From a virus (lineage: Duplodnaviria; Heunggongvirae; Uroviricota; Caudoviricetes), in IMG/VR virus record IMGVR_UViG_3300024269_000002: DNA of 64,000 nt; one strand, given 5' to 3'. Each line of letters opens with the position of its first letter. The first letter of the stretch is position 1. Both the position numbers and the translations under genes were made by a program. The notes beneath the pieces are model-generated. The model saw only the letters and a program-made list of their open reading frames with translations, ran no database searches and was not told the origin of the DNA. Shown piece by piece: positions 44,207 through 53,568 of the stretch.

Positions 44207-47200
44207 ATGGCTAAAACAAATGTTCCTAATCCTGAAAATAGTAAGCCTCAGGATTCAAAGAAAAGAGAACAAGTTTCTCGTACACGAACTAAAAAGCATC
44301 ATCAAGAGATGCTAACGTATGAGCGTAACTTCCTGAAAATAAAAGCTGATCTAGAAAAGTCAGCTGAAGAGACACGACTTGAAGAGGCAATCAAGAAATC
44401 AAAAGAAGAAGCAGAAGATCGTATTAAGAACGCTAAGTTAACTATTGTTAACAAAACTCGTTTGGAGGAAGAGCTTAGAACCATTCGTATGCAACATGCA
44501 GCGGAGCTAGCTCGATACGAAATTCAGCTTGTTGAGGAACGACGCAGAGCCGAATATACAGCACATATGCAAGCTGTTAAGAACTCTCAGATTGCAGCTA
44601 GATCTCAAGATCTTTATCAACGTCATCAAACAGCAACAGCAATTGCAGATGCTCATAAAGTTCAAGTAGAACGTTTGAAAGCTGCTAAAGAGTTAGAATT
44701 ACGGCAGCTTGAAACACAGCAGAGCTCTCTAGACATAGCTAGTCCTGACTATGAGTCACAAATTGCTATCATTGAAGCTCGCAAGGCAGAAATCAGCAGT
44801 GAGATTTCTAGTGCACAAGCTGATCTTGATAAATTTCAAGCAAATGTTTCAGAGCTTGCCGAGCGTGTGGCTACGTTTGAATTCAACAGGATGAGCTCTG
44901 CAGGTAAATTGTATAAGAAACAACAAGAGTTACTTCAACTTCAAGCTGAAGAGCAAGAAGGTTTGATTGATCTTGATCAAGTAAGCTCCGAGTTAAGTAA
45001 GAAACGCAGAGAACGTCGTGAGCTTGTTAAGAATGGCGCAACTGAAGAAGATCTTCAACAAGTTGACGATGAGATTGCAACGTTAGTTGCTGCTCGTAAA
45101 ACATTGAAAGATCAACAGCGTAACTTACAAGCTACGATTGCTGCTCTAACAACTGAAGTTGAACAGTATCAAAATCAGGTAACTAAGGATAGTCGAACAA
45201 GAGTGGTACGCAGACAGCAACCGCCTGTAGAAAATGATTCTGAGCACGAAGACGCTGACGAGGAAACAGTCACCACTGATGAAAAAGTTCCGAAAGCTCC
45301 AGAGACTGTAAGTGGAGTTGATATGTCCGCTCAGATTGAGTCATTGTTAGCAGGTATGATTGCAGTTAGTGATGCATTTGGTGCTTATGCACATGAGCTA
45401 GAGTCAAGAGTTGTTCCTGAATCTTCGACTTCAGAAACAGTTCTTGACACAAGTCCTGTGGAGGACACAGTTCGATCTACTTCTGGTGCGCTTGTAAGTC
45501 AGTTAAGGGCTCTAGTGGATCAATCTGTTACAGGAGACATTGAACTAAGATCAGATCTCAATACAAAGATTGACGAACTTAATCAAGTTTTAACTACAAG
45601 TTTGGATAATCCATCAAAAGACTCTGGTAAGGAGTTAGAAAGTACTGTTCTTGACCTGGTTAGTGAGATAACAAGTGCGGTAGAATCGGCAAGGGGTGAA
45701 ACACTCCCTATTGTTGTTAATGCTCCTGAGTCTACTGTTCCCGATGTTGCTAGTAACCTTCAGAGCTCTATTGATCAAGTGGCGTTGTTAACTGGATTAT
45801 TGCAGATTGAAGATACTCTCACAACATTTTTTGGTGCGTTTGAAAACTATGTTGTTGATGTCAGAAGTAAGACTGTACAATCTGGCTCCGAGGCTGTTTC
45901 TTCAGTCATTCCACAAACGACTGTTCAAGATCAATCAACAGCACTATTTCAGCTTTTACAACAGCTTGTTAACGGATCAAACAACCTGAATGACGAACAT
46001 CGTAAAGCATTAGCTGATATATCCAGTGTTCTGAAAAGTCAATCAGAAATGGATGATGCTGTAGATTTTTCTTCACTCGTTAGTTTGCTTGAGTCATTAA
46101 GTTCAGAGGACAGTAAAGATACTTCTTCTGATACTTTGAAGGAACTAACTAAGCTCATGAAGAGCGATCCTAGTAAGTTTTTCAAATCATCTCATCGTAA
46201 TCTTTTCAAGAATAAAGATAATGAGATGGCAACAGGTCAAAGAACTGCAGCAAAACAAGCCGTTGATCAAGAGCTAGAAGATAAGCATGCTGCTCGATTG
46301 GATCAACGTATAGCTAATCTTGCAGTGTGGGAAAAACGTGGTCGATTCTTCCGTAGTGGTGAAAGCGATTATCGTAAAGAAGTTATAAATGAAAAACTTG
46401 TCGGAGCATTACAAAGCACTATTGATGCTCTTGCGGATCTTTCAAAAAGTATTGATAGTAATATCAATGAGTATTTTCAATATCAAGCAGAAATAAATGC
46501 AAAACTTCAAGGCCTTGATCTAGATTATCAAGGTATGCTTGACACACTTACAGATAATCTTGGTATGTCAATGCTTGTTTCACAGAAAGATTACATCAAC
46601 AAATTCAAACAGTTAGTTGATGCTGGTATTGCTCACAACATGGAAACAAGAGCGTTCTTAGCAACTGTTTCCGATAAAGTGGTTAACACATTTGACGCTT
46701 TTGATTCTAATCTACTGCGTCTTGTTAGACTACAACAGCAGGATTCAACTTCAGCAAGACTTGGTTTAGAATCAAGTTTGAATAAGTTGTTCAACTCCAC
46801 ATTCAGTGATTCAAGTTATCTTAGTGACGGCGGTCCTCATGATGCAGTTTCTGCAGCAATCTTAGAGGCTAGCTCTATGCTATCTAATGATATGTCAGTT
46901 GAGTTTGAATACATGGTCCATAAGTGGTTAGGTTCGCTGTATTCACTTGGTATGAGCAGTGATACTCTTGAATCAATTGCTAAAGGATTGAATTATCTAG
47001 GAACTGGTAATGTTGCAGCACTGAATAGTGATCAGTCTTTGCAGACATTATTGGCTATGAGTGCAGCAAGAGGCGGAGAGTCTTATGCAGAAATTCTTGT
47101 TAATGGTCTGGATGCAGATACTACTAACAATCTTCTTGAGGGTATGATAACATATTTGATGGAGATTGCAACTAACACCGATAACAATCAAGTTACAAAA

Positions 47201-48679
47201 TCTGCGTATTCTGATCTGTTTGGTATGCATGTATCTGATCTTAGATCAATCATTAACATGACAGAAAATGATATTTCATCACTTTCAAATCTAACGCTGA
47301 CCTACTCTCAAGCTGTTAATGAAACACAAGATCAACTTTCACAGATTGTTAACAGAACGCATCTTAGCACAATGGTAGATAATCTCTTTGAAAATGCGGT
47401 TCTTGGAGCGTCACTTGACATTGGTAACAATCCAGTTTCCTACGGTTTATGGAAAACATTGAATATTGTTGAAGGTTTAACTGGAGGCATTGCATTACCG
47501 TTTGTTAACGTGTTTGGATCCGGTTTTGATTTGAATACAACTGTTACTCAGTTAGCTAAGGGAGGTATGGCTGGCTTAGCTATGATGGGTAATCTTATCA
47601 GTGCACTTGGATCAGGTGGATCTGATTTTGGAATGAGCCTTGACGCTTGGAATAACGATACGAATATGATTGCAAGAGGTGATGCAAGTAAGTTCTTATC
47701 AAAAGGTTCTGCATCAGGATTTAGCTCAAGTGCTCGTTTGGACTATGCAGGTTCAGGTAGTTCAGGAGACATGAAGAAAACCGAAATGTCAGACGCAACG
47801 GATTCTGCAAAAGAAGATTCAGAAGTAACAAACAAGCACTCTCAAGAAGAGCAATCTGTTCCCGAAAAGATATATGAGCAGACTCAACTTATTTACGGAG
47901 CTCTTGCTGAAGATGACAACACGTTACTGAAACAGAGTGTAGCAACATATACATTGCTGGAGGATAAACTTCAGTCTTTAGGTGTTCTGTCTCAAATAAC
48001 TACTTTGTTAGGACCTTCAAGAGTATTCTTTACAGCTGGCATGGATGACCTCGGTGTTACTGCAGCAAACATTCAGCAAACAAGAGGAGTTGGAAACTCT
48101 ACAACAATCAGTATCTCTGATTATGAAAATCAGTTGTCAACATTGCAAAAAGTTTCTTCAGCTTTCCAAACTGTTATAACAAATAGTAGTGACTTGATCG
48201 GAGCTAATGTTGATATCTGGAGCTTGATTGATGCCAGTAGCAGCTTGTCTGCAAGTAGCTTGAGAAGTGAACTGAAGGAACAATATAGTTCAACTAACGA
48301 AGGATTTTATAACTTTAACAAGTATAATCAGAATACTGATGTTAACACAGAACTTGTTAATAAGCTTGCAACACAGATCCAAACTTCAAGCATTACTGAA
48401 CAAGAGTTGAAACAGTTTGCTCAACTACAACAGTTGAACAAGATTGTTTTCCCTGAGTATGTTCGTGCAACAATTGATGATCTTGCTCCAGGAGTTAAGA
48501 AATATACGGAAGAGCTTCTAAAGAGAGCTGTTGAGATGAGCTTGTATGGAACTGATATTGAATCCAGATATGAGGATCCTGATAACGAGATGCCGATTGT
48601 TAAACAGATGGTCACATATATGCGTGAGATGCTCAGCGATCCAACAACAATATTGAATATAAGAGAAAGTAGATTCTAA
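44207..48679 (+). CDS. Tape measure protein
   Basis: 1490 aa, long helical/coiled coil, located between the chaperones and baseplate genes. AGGAGG RBS. Confidence 0.75.
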   Translation: MAKTNVPNPENSKPQDSKKREQVSRTRTKKHHQEMLTYERNFLKIKADLEKSAEETRLEEAIKKSKEEAEDRIKNAKLTIVNKTRLEEELRTIRMQHAAELARYEIQLVEERRRAEYTAHMQAVKNSQIAARSQDLYQRHQTATAIADAHKVQVERLKAAKELELRQLETQQSSLDIASPDYESQIAIIEARKAEISSEISSAQADLDKFQANVSELAERVATFEFNRMSSAGKLYKKQQELLQLQAEEQEGLIDLDQVSSELSKKRRERRELVKNGATEEDLQQVDDEIATLVAARKTLKDQQRNLQATIAALTTEVEQYQNQVTKDSRTRVVRRQQPPVENDSEHEDADEETVTTDEKVPKAPETVSGVDMSAQIESLLAGMIAVSDAFGAYAHELESRVVPESSTSETVLDTSPVEDTVRSTSGALVSQLRALVDQSVTGDIELRSDLNTKIDELNQVLTTSLDNPSKDSGKELESTVLDLVSEITSAVESARGETLPIVVNAPESTVPDVASNLQSSIDQVALLTGLLQIEDTLTTFFGAFENYVVDVRSKTVQSGSEAVSSVIPQTTVQDQSTALFQLLQQLVNGSNNLNDEHRKALADISSVLKSQSEMDDAVDFSSLVSLLESLSSEDSKDTSSDTLKELTKLMKSDPSKFFKSSHRNLFKNKDNEMATGQRTAAKQAVDQELEDKHAARLDQRIANLAVWEKRGRFFRSGESDYRKEVINEKLVGALQSTIDALADLSKSIDSNINEYFQYQAEINAKLQGLDLDYQGMLDTLTDNLGMSMLVSQKDYINKFKQLVDAGIAHNMETRAFLATVSDKVVNTFDAFDSNLLRLVRLQQQDSTSARLGLESSLNKLFNSTFSDSSYLSDGGPHDAVSAAILEASSMLSNDMSVEFEYMVHKWLGSLYSLGMSSDTLESIAKGLNYLGTGNVAALNSDQSLQTLLAMSAARGGESYAEILVNGLDADTTNNLLEGMITYLMEIATNTDNNQVTKSAYSDLFGMHVSDLRSIINMTENDISSLSNLTLTYSQAVNETQDQLSQIVNRTHLSTMVDNLFENAVLGASLDIGNNPVSYGLWKTLNIVEGLTGGIALPFVNVFGSGFDLNTTVTQLAKGGMAGLAMMGNLISALGSGGSDFGMSLDAWNNDTNMIARGDASKFLSKGSASGFSSSARLDYAGSGSSGDMKKTEMSDATDSAKEDSEVTNKHSQEEQSVPEKIYEQTQLIYGALAEDDNTLLKQSVATYTLLEDKLQSLGVLSQITTLLGPSRVFFTAGMDDLGVTAANIQQTRGVGNSTTISISDYENQLSTLQKVSSAFQTVITNSSDLIGANVDIWSLIDASSSLSASSLRSELKEQYSSTNEGFYNFNKYNQNTDVNTELVNKLATQIQTSSITEQELKQFAQLQQLNKIVFPEYVRATIDDLAPGVKKYTEELLKRAVEMSLYGTDIESRYEDPDNEMPIVKQMVTYMREMLSDPTTILNIRESRF

Positions 48680-48693
48680 GGAAGGAGAATAAC

Positions 48694-50091
48694 ATGTTTC
48701 AAAGATTTCATGAAAATACACAAGTTAGTCGTCTTGTAAAGAATCTACTTTCTTCGGAGCCGATACCGTTGTTGCAAACAATTGTGGATGGTATGCCGCT
48801 AATAGCTGGTTGCAGATATCTTCACGATGGTTTACCAGTTATCTGTAGCCATTCCGGTATATACGGAACTACAGCGGAAATTGACCCTCTTCCACCATTG
48901 AACGTAACAACTACTAATTTTAGTTCAACTGTTGGGTGGTATGATAAGGATACTCACAAGCAACTCGGAGACTACTTAAGATATCTGCGAGATACAAGAT
49001 CTATAGATCTTATGAAATATTACAATTGTTACAATGCTACTGAATTGACAGATGTTTATCTTAATACCGCAGACATTGGTCCACTTGTTTGTTCTGATGA
49101 TCATACTACAGACTCTGAGGGTAACAGAGTAAATAAAGTAGAACCACGAGATGGAACTAAACAGCCTGTACTATACTGTGGTGTGCTCCGTAAGTATGAT
49201 AGTTCAACAACATATAGATTTGGATCACTTCCTGAGTACAAAGTTATTGCAATTCCTATTAGATTTGATACAACATATACAGTTGCAGTAGAAGCTCACA
49301 ATGTTGTTTCTATTAGAGGAATTATCTATAACAATAACGGAATGGTAGAAGATACACATCCTGTTATACCGACAGCTAATCAAGGAAAGGTGTACTATTC
49401 CGATTACCTGAACTATACATGTGCAACTCTTCCGTTTGCTAAGTTTGCTGAACCATTTACATACAGAATTGATCTTGCTTCAGAAAATGTGGAGCTCGAT
49501 ACTGTCACTAAACAATCATTGTACATGAGACAGAAGGATCTATATCTTGTATTGCAAGTTCCGTCCGATAGCTCTTCCTCTATTGTTGTTCTTGAGGGAG
49601 ACTACACAAGAAATCGGCACACTGAAATAACTCAAGGAAGTGTTGTTTTTGACAGAAATATAATAACAGGTGAGACAATTGATTCAAGAGAACTTAATCA
49701 ATTGTATGATACAGATACAATTCCTGAAGATAGATGTTGCGTAAAACATTCAGATAATTTGAGCCTACTCTATTATAACACAGGAGTATCTTACGCGTTT
49801 TCAGATCGACTGATTGAGTATCTTCTGTTAAATGTAGTTACACCACTAGAAACCTTGTCTACAAACATATCGAGAGTTCAGCAAAGTTTAAGACATATAT
49901 ATCCCAGTTACAATGCTAAGCTATTATCAAAACAAGCACGATTGGGTGTTTGGGATGATAGTATTTCAAAATATGTAAGATCGTACATCTTTGATCATCG
50001 TGATAAGATGGACTGCCCGTTTGATCAGGATGGTCATATCAACAAGGATGTTGAGGGCTTACTATCAGCTAATGGAGTGTATATAACATGA
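48694..50091 (+). CDS. Hypothetical baseplate/tail protein
   Basis: AAGGAG RBS; lies between the tape measure and the tube-initiator-like gene. Confidence 0.55.
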   Translation: MFQRFHENTQVSRLVKNLLSSEPIPLLQTIVDGMPLIAGCRYLHDGLPVICSHSGIYGTTAEIDPLPPLNVTTTNFSSTVGWYDKDTHKQLGDYLRYLRDTRSIDLMKYYNCYNATELTDVYLNTADIGPLVCSDDHTTDSEGNRVNKVEPRDGTKQPVLYCGVLRKYDSSTTYRFGSLPEYKVIAIPIRFDTTYTVAVEAHNVVSIRGIIYNNNGMVEDTHPVIPTANQGKVYYSDYLNYTCATLPFAKFAEPFTYRIDLASENVELDTVTKQSLYMRQKDLYLVLQVPSDSSSSIVVLEGDYTRNRHTEITQGSVVFDRNIITGETIDSRELNQLYDTDTIPEDRCCVKHSDNLSLLYYNTGVSYAFSDRLIEYLLLNVVTPLETLSTNISRVQQSLRHIYPSYNAKLLSKQARLGVWDDSISKYVRSYIFDHRDKMDCPFDQDGHINKDVEGLLSANGVYIT

Positions 50092-50765
50092 CGATAACTA
50101 ATACTGTATACACATCACAAAATACTCCTGTTACAAAGGATAATACTTATGCTGGATCTACAGCAAAAGTATTCAACATGATTGATAACTATGTGTATCT
50201 GTATCATACAGATACACTTATAGCGATTCCAACATATCCTGAATCCATAACCGATACAATGAGTGTCAACTTTAATCAAGCGTCTCTACTATCAAGATCT
50301 GCTCCAATCTTTTCTTATGCTAGTTCTGGACCAAGAACTGTAAGCGTATCCCTGCATCTTCACAGGGACATGTTGAACAGTGTGAATGTTACATCTAGTA
50401 ACTTGAAAATTCCTGATCTAGAGAATGAAGATTATGTTGATATGATTATTAAACAGCTACAGGCTGCAGCGTTGCCAAGATATGCTGCTTCAGAAAAAAT
50501 GGTTAATCCTCCGATTGTTGCTGTTAGATTTGGAAGTGATGTTTTCTGCAAAGGAGTTGTAAGTGGTCCTGTTAGCACCACTTACAGCGGTCCGATACTT
50601 AGAACAGATAAGTATGCAGAAGTGCGTGTTGACTTTACATTGAATGAAATTGATCCCTATGATGCGGATTCAGTTATGACAGCGGGGCACTATAGAGGAC
50701 TAAGTACTGATTTGGAGCGTCGTGTTTGGAAATCTACCTCAGCTGGCTCAAACAGAAGGATGTAA
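50088..50765 (+). CDS. Baseplate tube initiator (gp48/gp54-like)
   Basis: PESITD...LSRSAPIFSYASSGPRTVS, NPPIV.VRFG..VFCKGVV; followed by a LysM gene. Confidence 0.6.
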   Translation: MTITNTVYTSQNTPVTKDNTYAGSTAKVFNMIDNYVYLYHTDTLIAIPTYPESITDTMSVNFNQASLLSRSAPIFSYASSGPRTVSVSLHLHRDMLNSVNVTSSNLKIPDLENEDYVDMIIKQLQAAALPRYAASEKMVNPPIVAVRFGSDVFCKGVVSGPVSTTYSGPILRTDKYAEVRVDFTLNEIDPYDADSVMTAGHYRGLSTDLERRVWKSTSAGSNRRM

Positions 50766-50768
50766 TCT

Positions 50769-51086
50769 ATGGATGTCTTAACAAACAAAACTTACAAAGA
50801 CTACGGTAGAATTTCAAGATATAGCCCTTTTCCATACTACTACCACACAGTTGATAACAAGTATATCTACGGAACAACTGCGTATTTGAAGGACACTACT
50901 TTATATACACTGCACACTGTTGTACATGGTGACACGTTTGATTCGCTTGCTCTGCATTATTACAACAACCCAACTCTCTATTGGGTTATCTGCTCATTTA
51001 ACAGAATCAGGGATCCATTCATACCCCTTGTTGAAGGATCAACTATCAAGATTCCGTCCATTTCAAATATAGAATTTGATATCTGA
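50769..51086 (+). CDS. LysM-type baseplate wedge protein (gp53-like)
   Basis: HTVVHGDTFDSLALHYYNNPTLYWVICSFNRIRDPF...GSTIKIPS. Confidence 0.8.
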   Translation: MDVLTNKTYKDYGRISRYSPFPYYYHTVDNKYIYGTTAYLKDTTLYTLHTVVHGDTFDSLALHYYNNPTLYWVICSFNRIRDPFIPLVEGSTIKIPSISNIEFDI

Positions 51087-51100
51087 TTGGAGGTGTCTCT

Positions 51101-52342
51101 ATGGGTTCATCATTAGTTTCAGCACAAAATCATGTAGAGTCTCCGTTCATCATTGTTAAGATCGGCGAGTACACATTCGGACAATGTTCAGATATGTCAA
51201 ATAAAAACAAGATGCGTCAAGCTGGAATGGTCACGTTTCCGAACTTCATGAAATCTTTGAGGATAACAAAGATTAACGGCTCAGTAAATACGTACACACT
51301 TGTTATGGATTATGCTATCACACAAGCAGATGATCCGAATATGTTGGAAAAGGTATTTAGTACTGTTTCTGCAACTAGAAAGGTTGTTCTTAGTTACGGA
51401 GACTGGAATGCTCCCTCGTACATTTACAAAGAAGAGGAAGCATTGATTACTAAGATTCAGAGTAATGTTGACTTTCAAGCTTCTAAGATAACTTACACAT
51501 TACAATGCGTGAGTTCAGCATTAACATTGCAGGCAGGAACTTTCAATTTCCCTGCTCGTAAAGCAAAGCCAAGTGACGTAATCAAGGAATTGTTAAGCAA
51601 CGAGGCTTACGGATTGAGCAAAGTGTTTACAGGCATGAGTAACATGTCTCGAGTAAACATGAGCACATTACTTGCTGGCGACGATAAAGCTGTTAATATC
51701 GAAGCAAAGCCTGGTATCAATATTCTTGATTATATCGGATATCTAGTTAGCTGTATGGTAAGTACCTCTGACTCAGGAGGAACAATCAAAGATGCAAACT
51801 ACTTTTGGGCAGTTTATGACGACGTTAACAATGAGTACGGAGGAACATACTTCAAAGTTGTTAAAGTTGCATCTAATGTTAAGTTCAATCTGACTGGGAG
51901 TACCTTTGAGGTAGATGTTGGTTATCCTTCAGGAAATTATGTTTGTTCTTTCTTGATAAACACAGATGATACATGGTCAATCTTGTACGAGTATTCTGAA
52001 AAGATTAAACAACCACAGTATTCCTACAGAATAAACGATTCAGGACAGCTTGAAAGCTTTCTATCTCCTACGATTACTACTGATAGTAGTAAACTTAAAA
52101 CAACTGAAGAATCAAAAACATGGTGGACACAAGTTACTCAATATCCTATAACTGCAATGTTAACTATAAAGGGTTTGTTAAGACCTGCTTTATTGATGTC
52201 TTATGTTAAAGTTAATGCGTTCTTCTACGGACACAAACATATTTCAAGTGGTTTGTACATAATCACAAAGCAGGAAGATAGTGTCAGTGAAACAGGATAT
52301 AGAACTACATTGAGCTTGACTCGAGTTGGTGGCGACAGTTGA
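51101..52342 (+). CDS. Baseplate hub protein (gp27-like)
   Basis: C-terminal LTIKG.....LMSYV.V.....G..HISSGLYIITKQED.V...GYRTTLSL; position in the baseplate module. Confidence 0.6.
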   Translation: MGSSLVSAQNHVESPFIIVKIGEYTFGQCSDMSNKNKMRQAGMVTFPNFMKSLRITKINGSVNTYTLVMDYAITQADDPNMLEKVFSTVSATRKVVLSYGDWNAPSYIYKEEEALITKIQSNVDFQASKITYTLQCVSSALTLQAGTFNFPARKAKPSDVIKELLSNEAYGLSKVFTGMSNMSRVNMSTLLAGDDKAVNIEAKPGINILDYIGYLVSCMVSTSDSGGTIKDANYFWAVYDDVNNEYGGTYFKVVKVASNVKFNLTGSTFEVDVGYPSGNYVCSFLINTDDTWSILYEYSEKIKQPQYSYRINDSGQLESFLSPTITTDSSKLKTTEESKTWWTQVTQYPITAMLTIKGLLRPALLMSYVKVNAFFYGHKHISSGLYIITKQEDSVSETGYRTTLSLTRVGGDS

Positions 52343-52764
52343 TTTCTTTGAAAGATAAACTTCTTGCTCATGAGGGATTTGTAGATAACGAGTACTTAGA
52401 TAAGTATGTACAGCTTGTTGAGCGAAATAGGAGAACAACACGAAGAGCAGGAAATACTAACAGTCATCATATTGTACCACGATCTTGGTACAAACTTCAT
52501 GACGAGGATGTTGATGATACATTAACTAACCTTGTAATTCTTACATATCGAGATCACACACTTGCTCACTACTATTTATGTTTATGCACTTCAGAGCAGT
52601 TACAATATGCTAACGAGCTTGCATTAGTACTGCTTGTATCTAGAAAAAAATTGAATCTTACCGAAAGACTCCTTGTACAAGGGTTGCCATTGTATAATAA
52701 TATATATGAAGATTACCTGCAGAAAAAACAGTCTGGATATGGGCTGTACAAGGAGAATGGATAA
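52339..52764 (+). CDS. HNH endonuclease-like protein (free-standing homing-type)
   Basis: SHHIVPRSW...NLVILTYRDHTLAHYYL; interrupts the hub-to-spike gene order. Confidence 0.6.
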   Translation: MISLKDKLLAHEGFVDNEYLDKYVQLVERNRRTTRRAGNTNSHHIVPRSWYKLHDEDVDDTLTNLVILTYRDHTLAHYYLCLCTSEQLQYANELALVLLVSRKKLNLTERLLVQGLPLYNNIYEDYLQKKQSGYGLYKENG

Positions 52765-53187
52765 ATGATTACAAGAGGTATCATTGAAAAGTCAGTTGAC
52801 CAGTATCATGTAAAAGTTCGAATCCCTTCAGTTGACAGGATGGACACTTCAAGCGTATATACCTCTACCGATAATCTAAATACTGCTGTATTTGCTACAT
52901 TACCAGGTTGTGAGGTTAGATTACAGCCTGGTGATGTTGTTATTGTATATGTTGATGACGAGAGTGCAACAATTCTCGGTTACTTGTATAGAATAGAATC
53001 AATTGAAAAGCGGATCAGTCAGAATCTAGCATCCTTGAATGTTAGTGAGTCTGTAAAGTTACCGATATCAACAAGTATAGGTGAAGTACTGCCGAAAGAA
53101 ATCGCTTATCTATCTGGAGTGAATGAAAATCTCCAAAAACAACTTGATGCTATAAAAGAACGATTAACATTGCTGGAGGAGTCCTGA
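52765..53187 (+). CDS. Short baseplate spike/puncturing-device-like protein (OB-fold N-domain)
   Basis: RGIIE......KVRIP...LQPGDVVIV...ILGYL; 140 aa; lies between the hub and the gp25-like gene. Confidence 0.5.
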   Translation: MITRGIIEKSVDQYHVKVRIPSVDRMDTSSVYTSTDNLNTAVFATLPGCEVRLQPGDVVIVYVDDESATILGYLYRIESIEKRISQNLASLNVSESVKLPISTSIGEVLPKEIAYLSGVNENLQKQLDAIKERLTLLEES

Positions 53188-53555
53188 TGTACTCATTTAA
53201 TTTTCCAAGCATGTTGAATACAGTAACATCGAAGCTTGTACAGGACAAGGAAGCAATACGGTCAAATGTGTTGTTACTTCTACAATCTGAACGAAAAACT
53301 TTGTTTGGTGATCCGTATTTTGGATCACAGTTAAAAAGAATGTTGTTCGAGCAATCAACAACAATCATTGCAGATCTTGTCATTGATGAGCTGTATACAA
53401 CATTGATAACATTTATACCGCAAATTTTCCTAACAAGAAAAGATATAACACTTACTTGTGATGGTACTGATATATATGCAACTGTTAAGTATGTTTGTGT
53501 GTTAGATAATACTGTTGATTTGTACACAATAAACTTAACAAAATCCGAAGAATGA
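53187..53555 (+). CDS. Baseplate wedge subunit (gp25-like)
   Basis: AIRSNVLLLL.SERKTLFGDPYFGSQL..MLFEQ. Confidence 0.8.
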   Translation: MYSFNFPSMLNTVTSKLVQDKEAIRSNVLLLLQSERKTLFGDPYFGSQLKRMLFEQSTTIIADLVIDELYTTLITFIPQIFLTRKDITLTCDGTDIYATVKYVCVLDNTVDLYTINLTKSEE

Positions 53556-53568
53556 GGTTAGCTGATAG

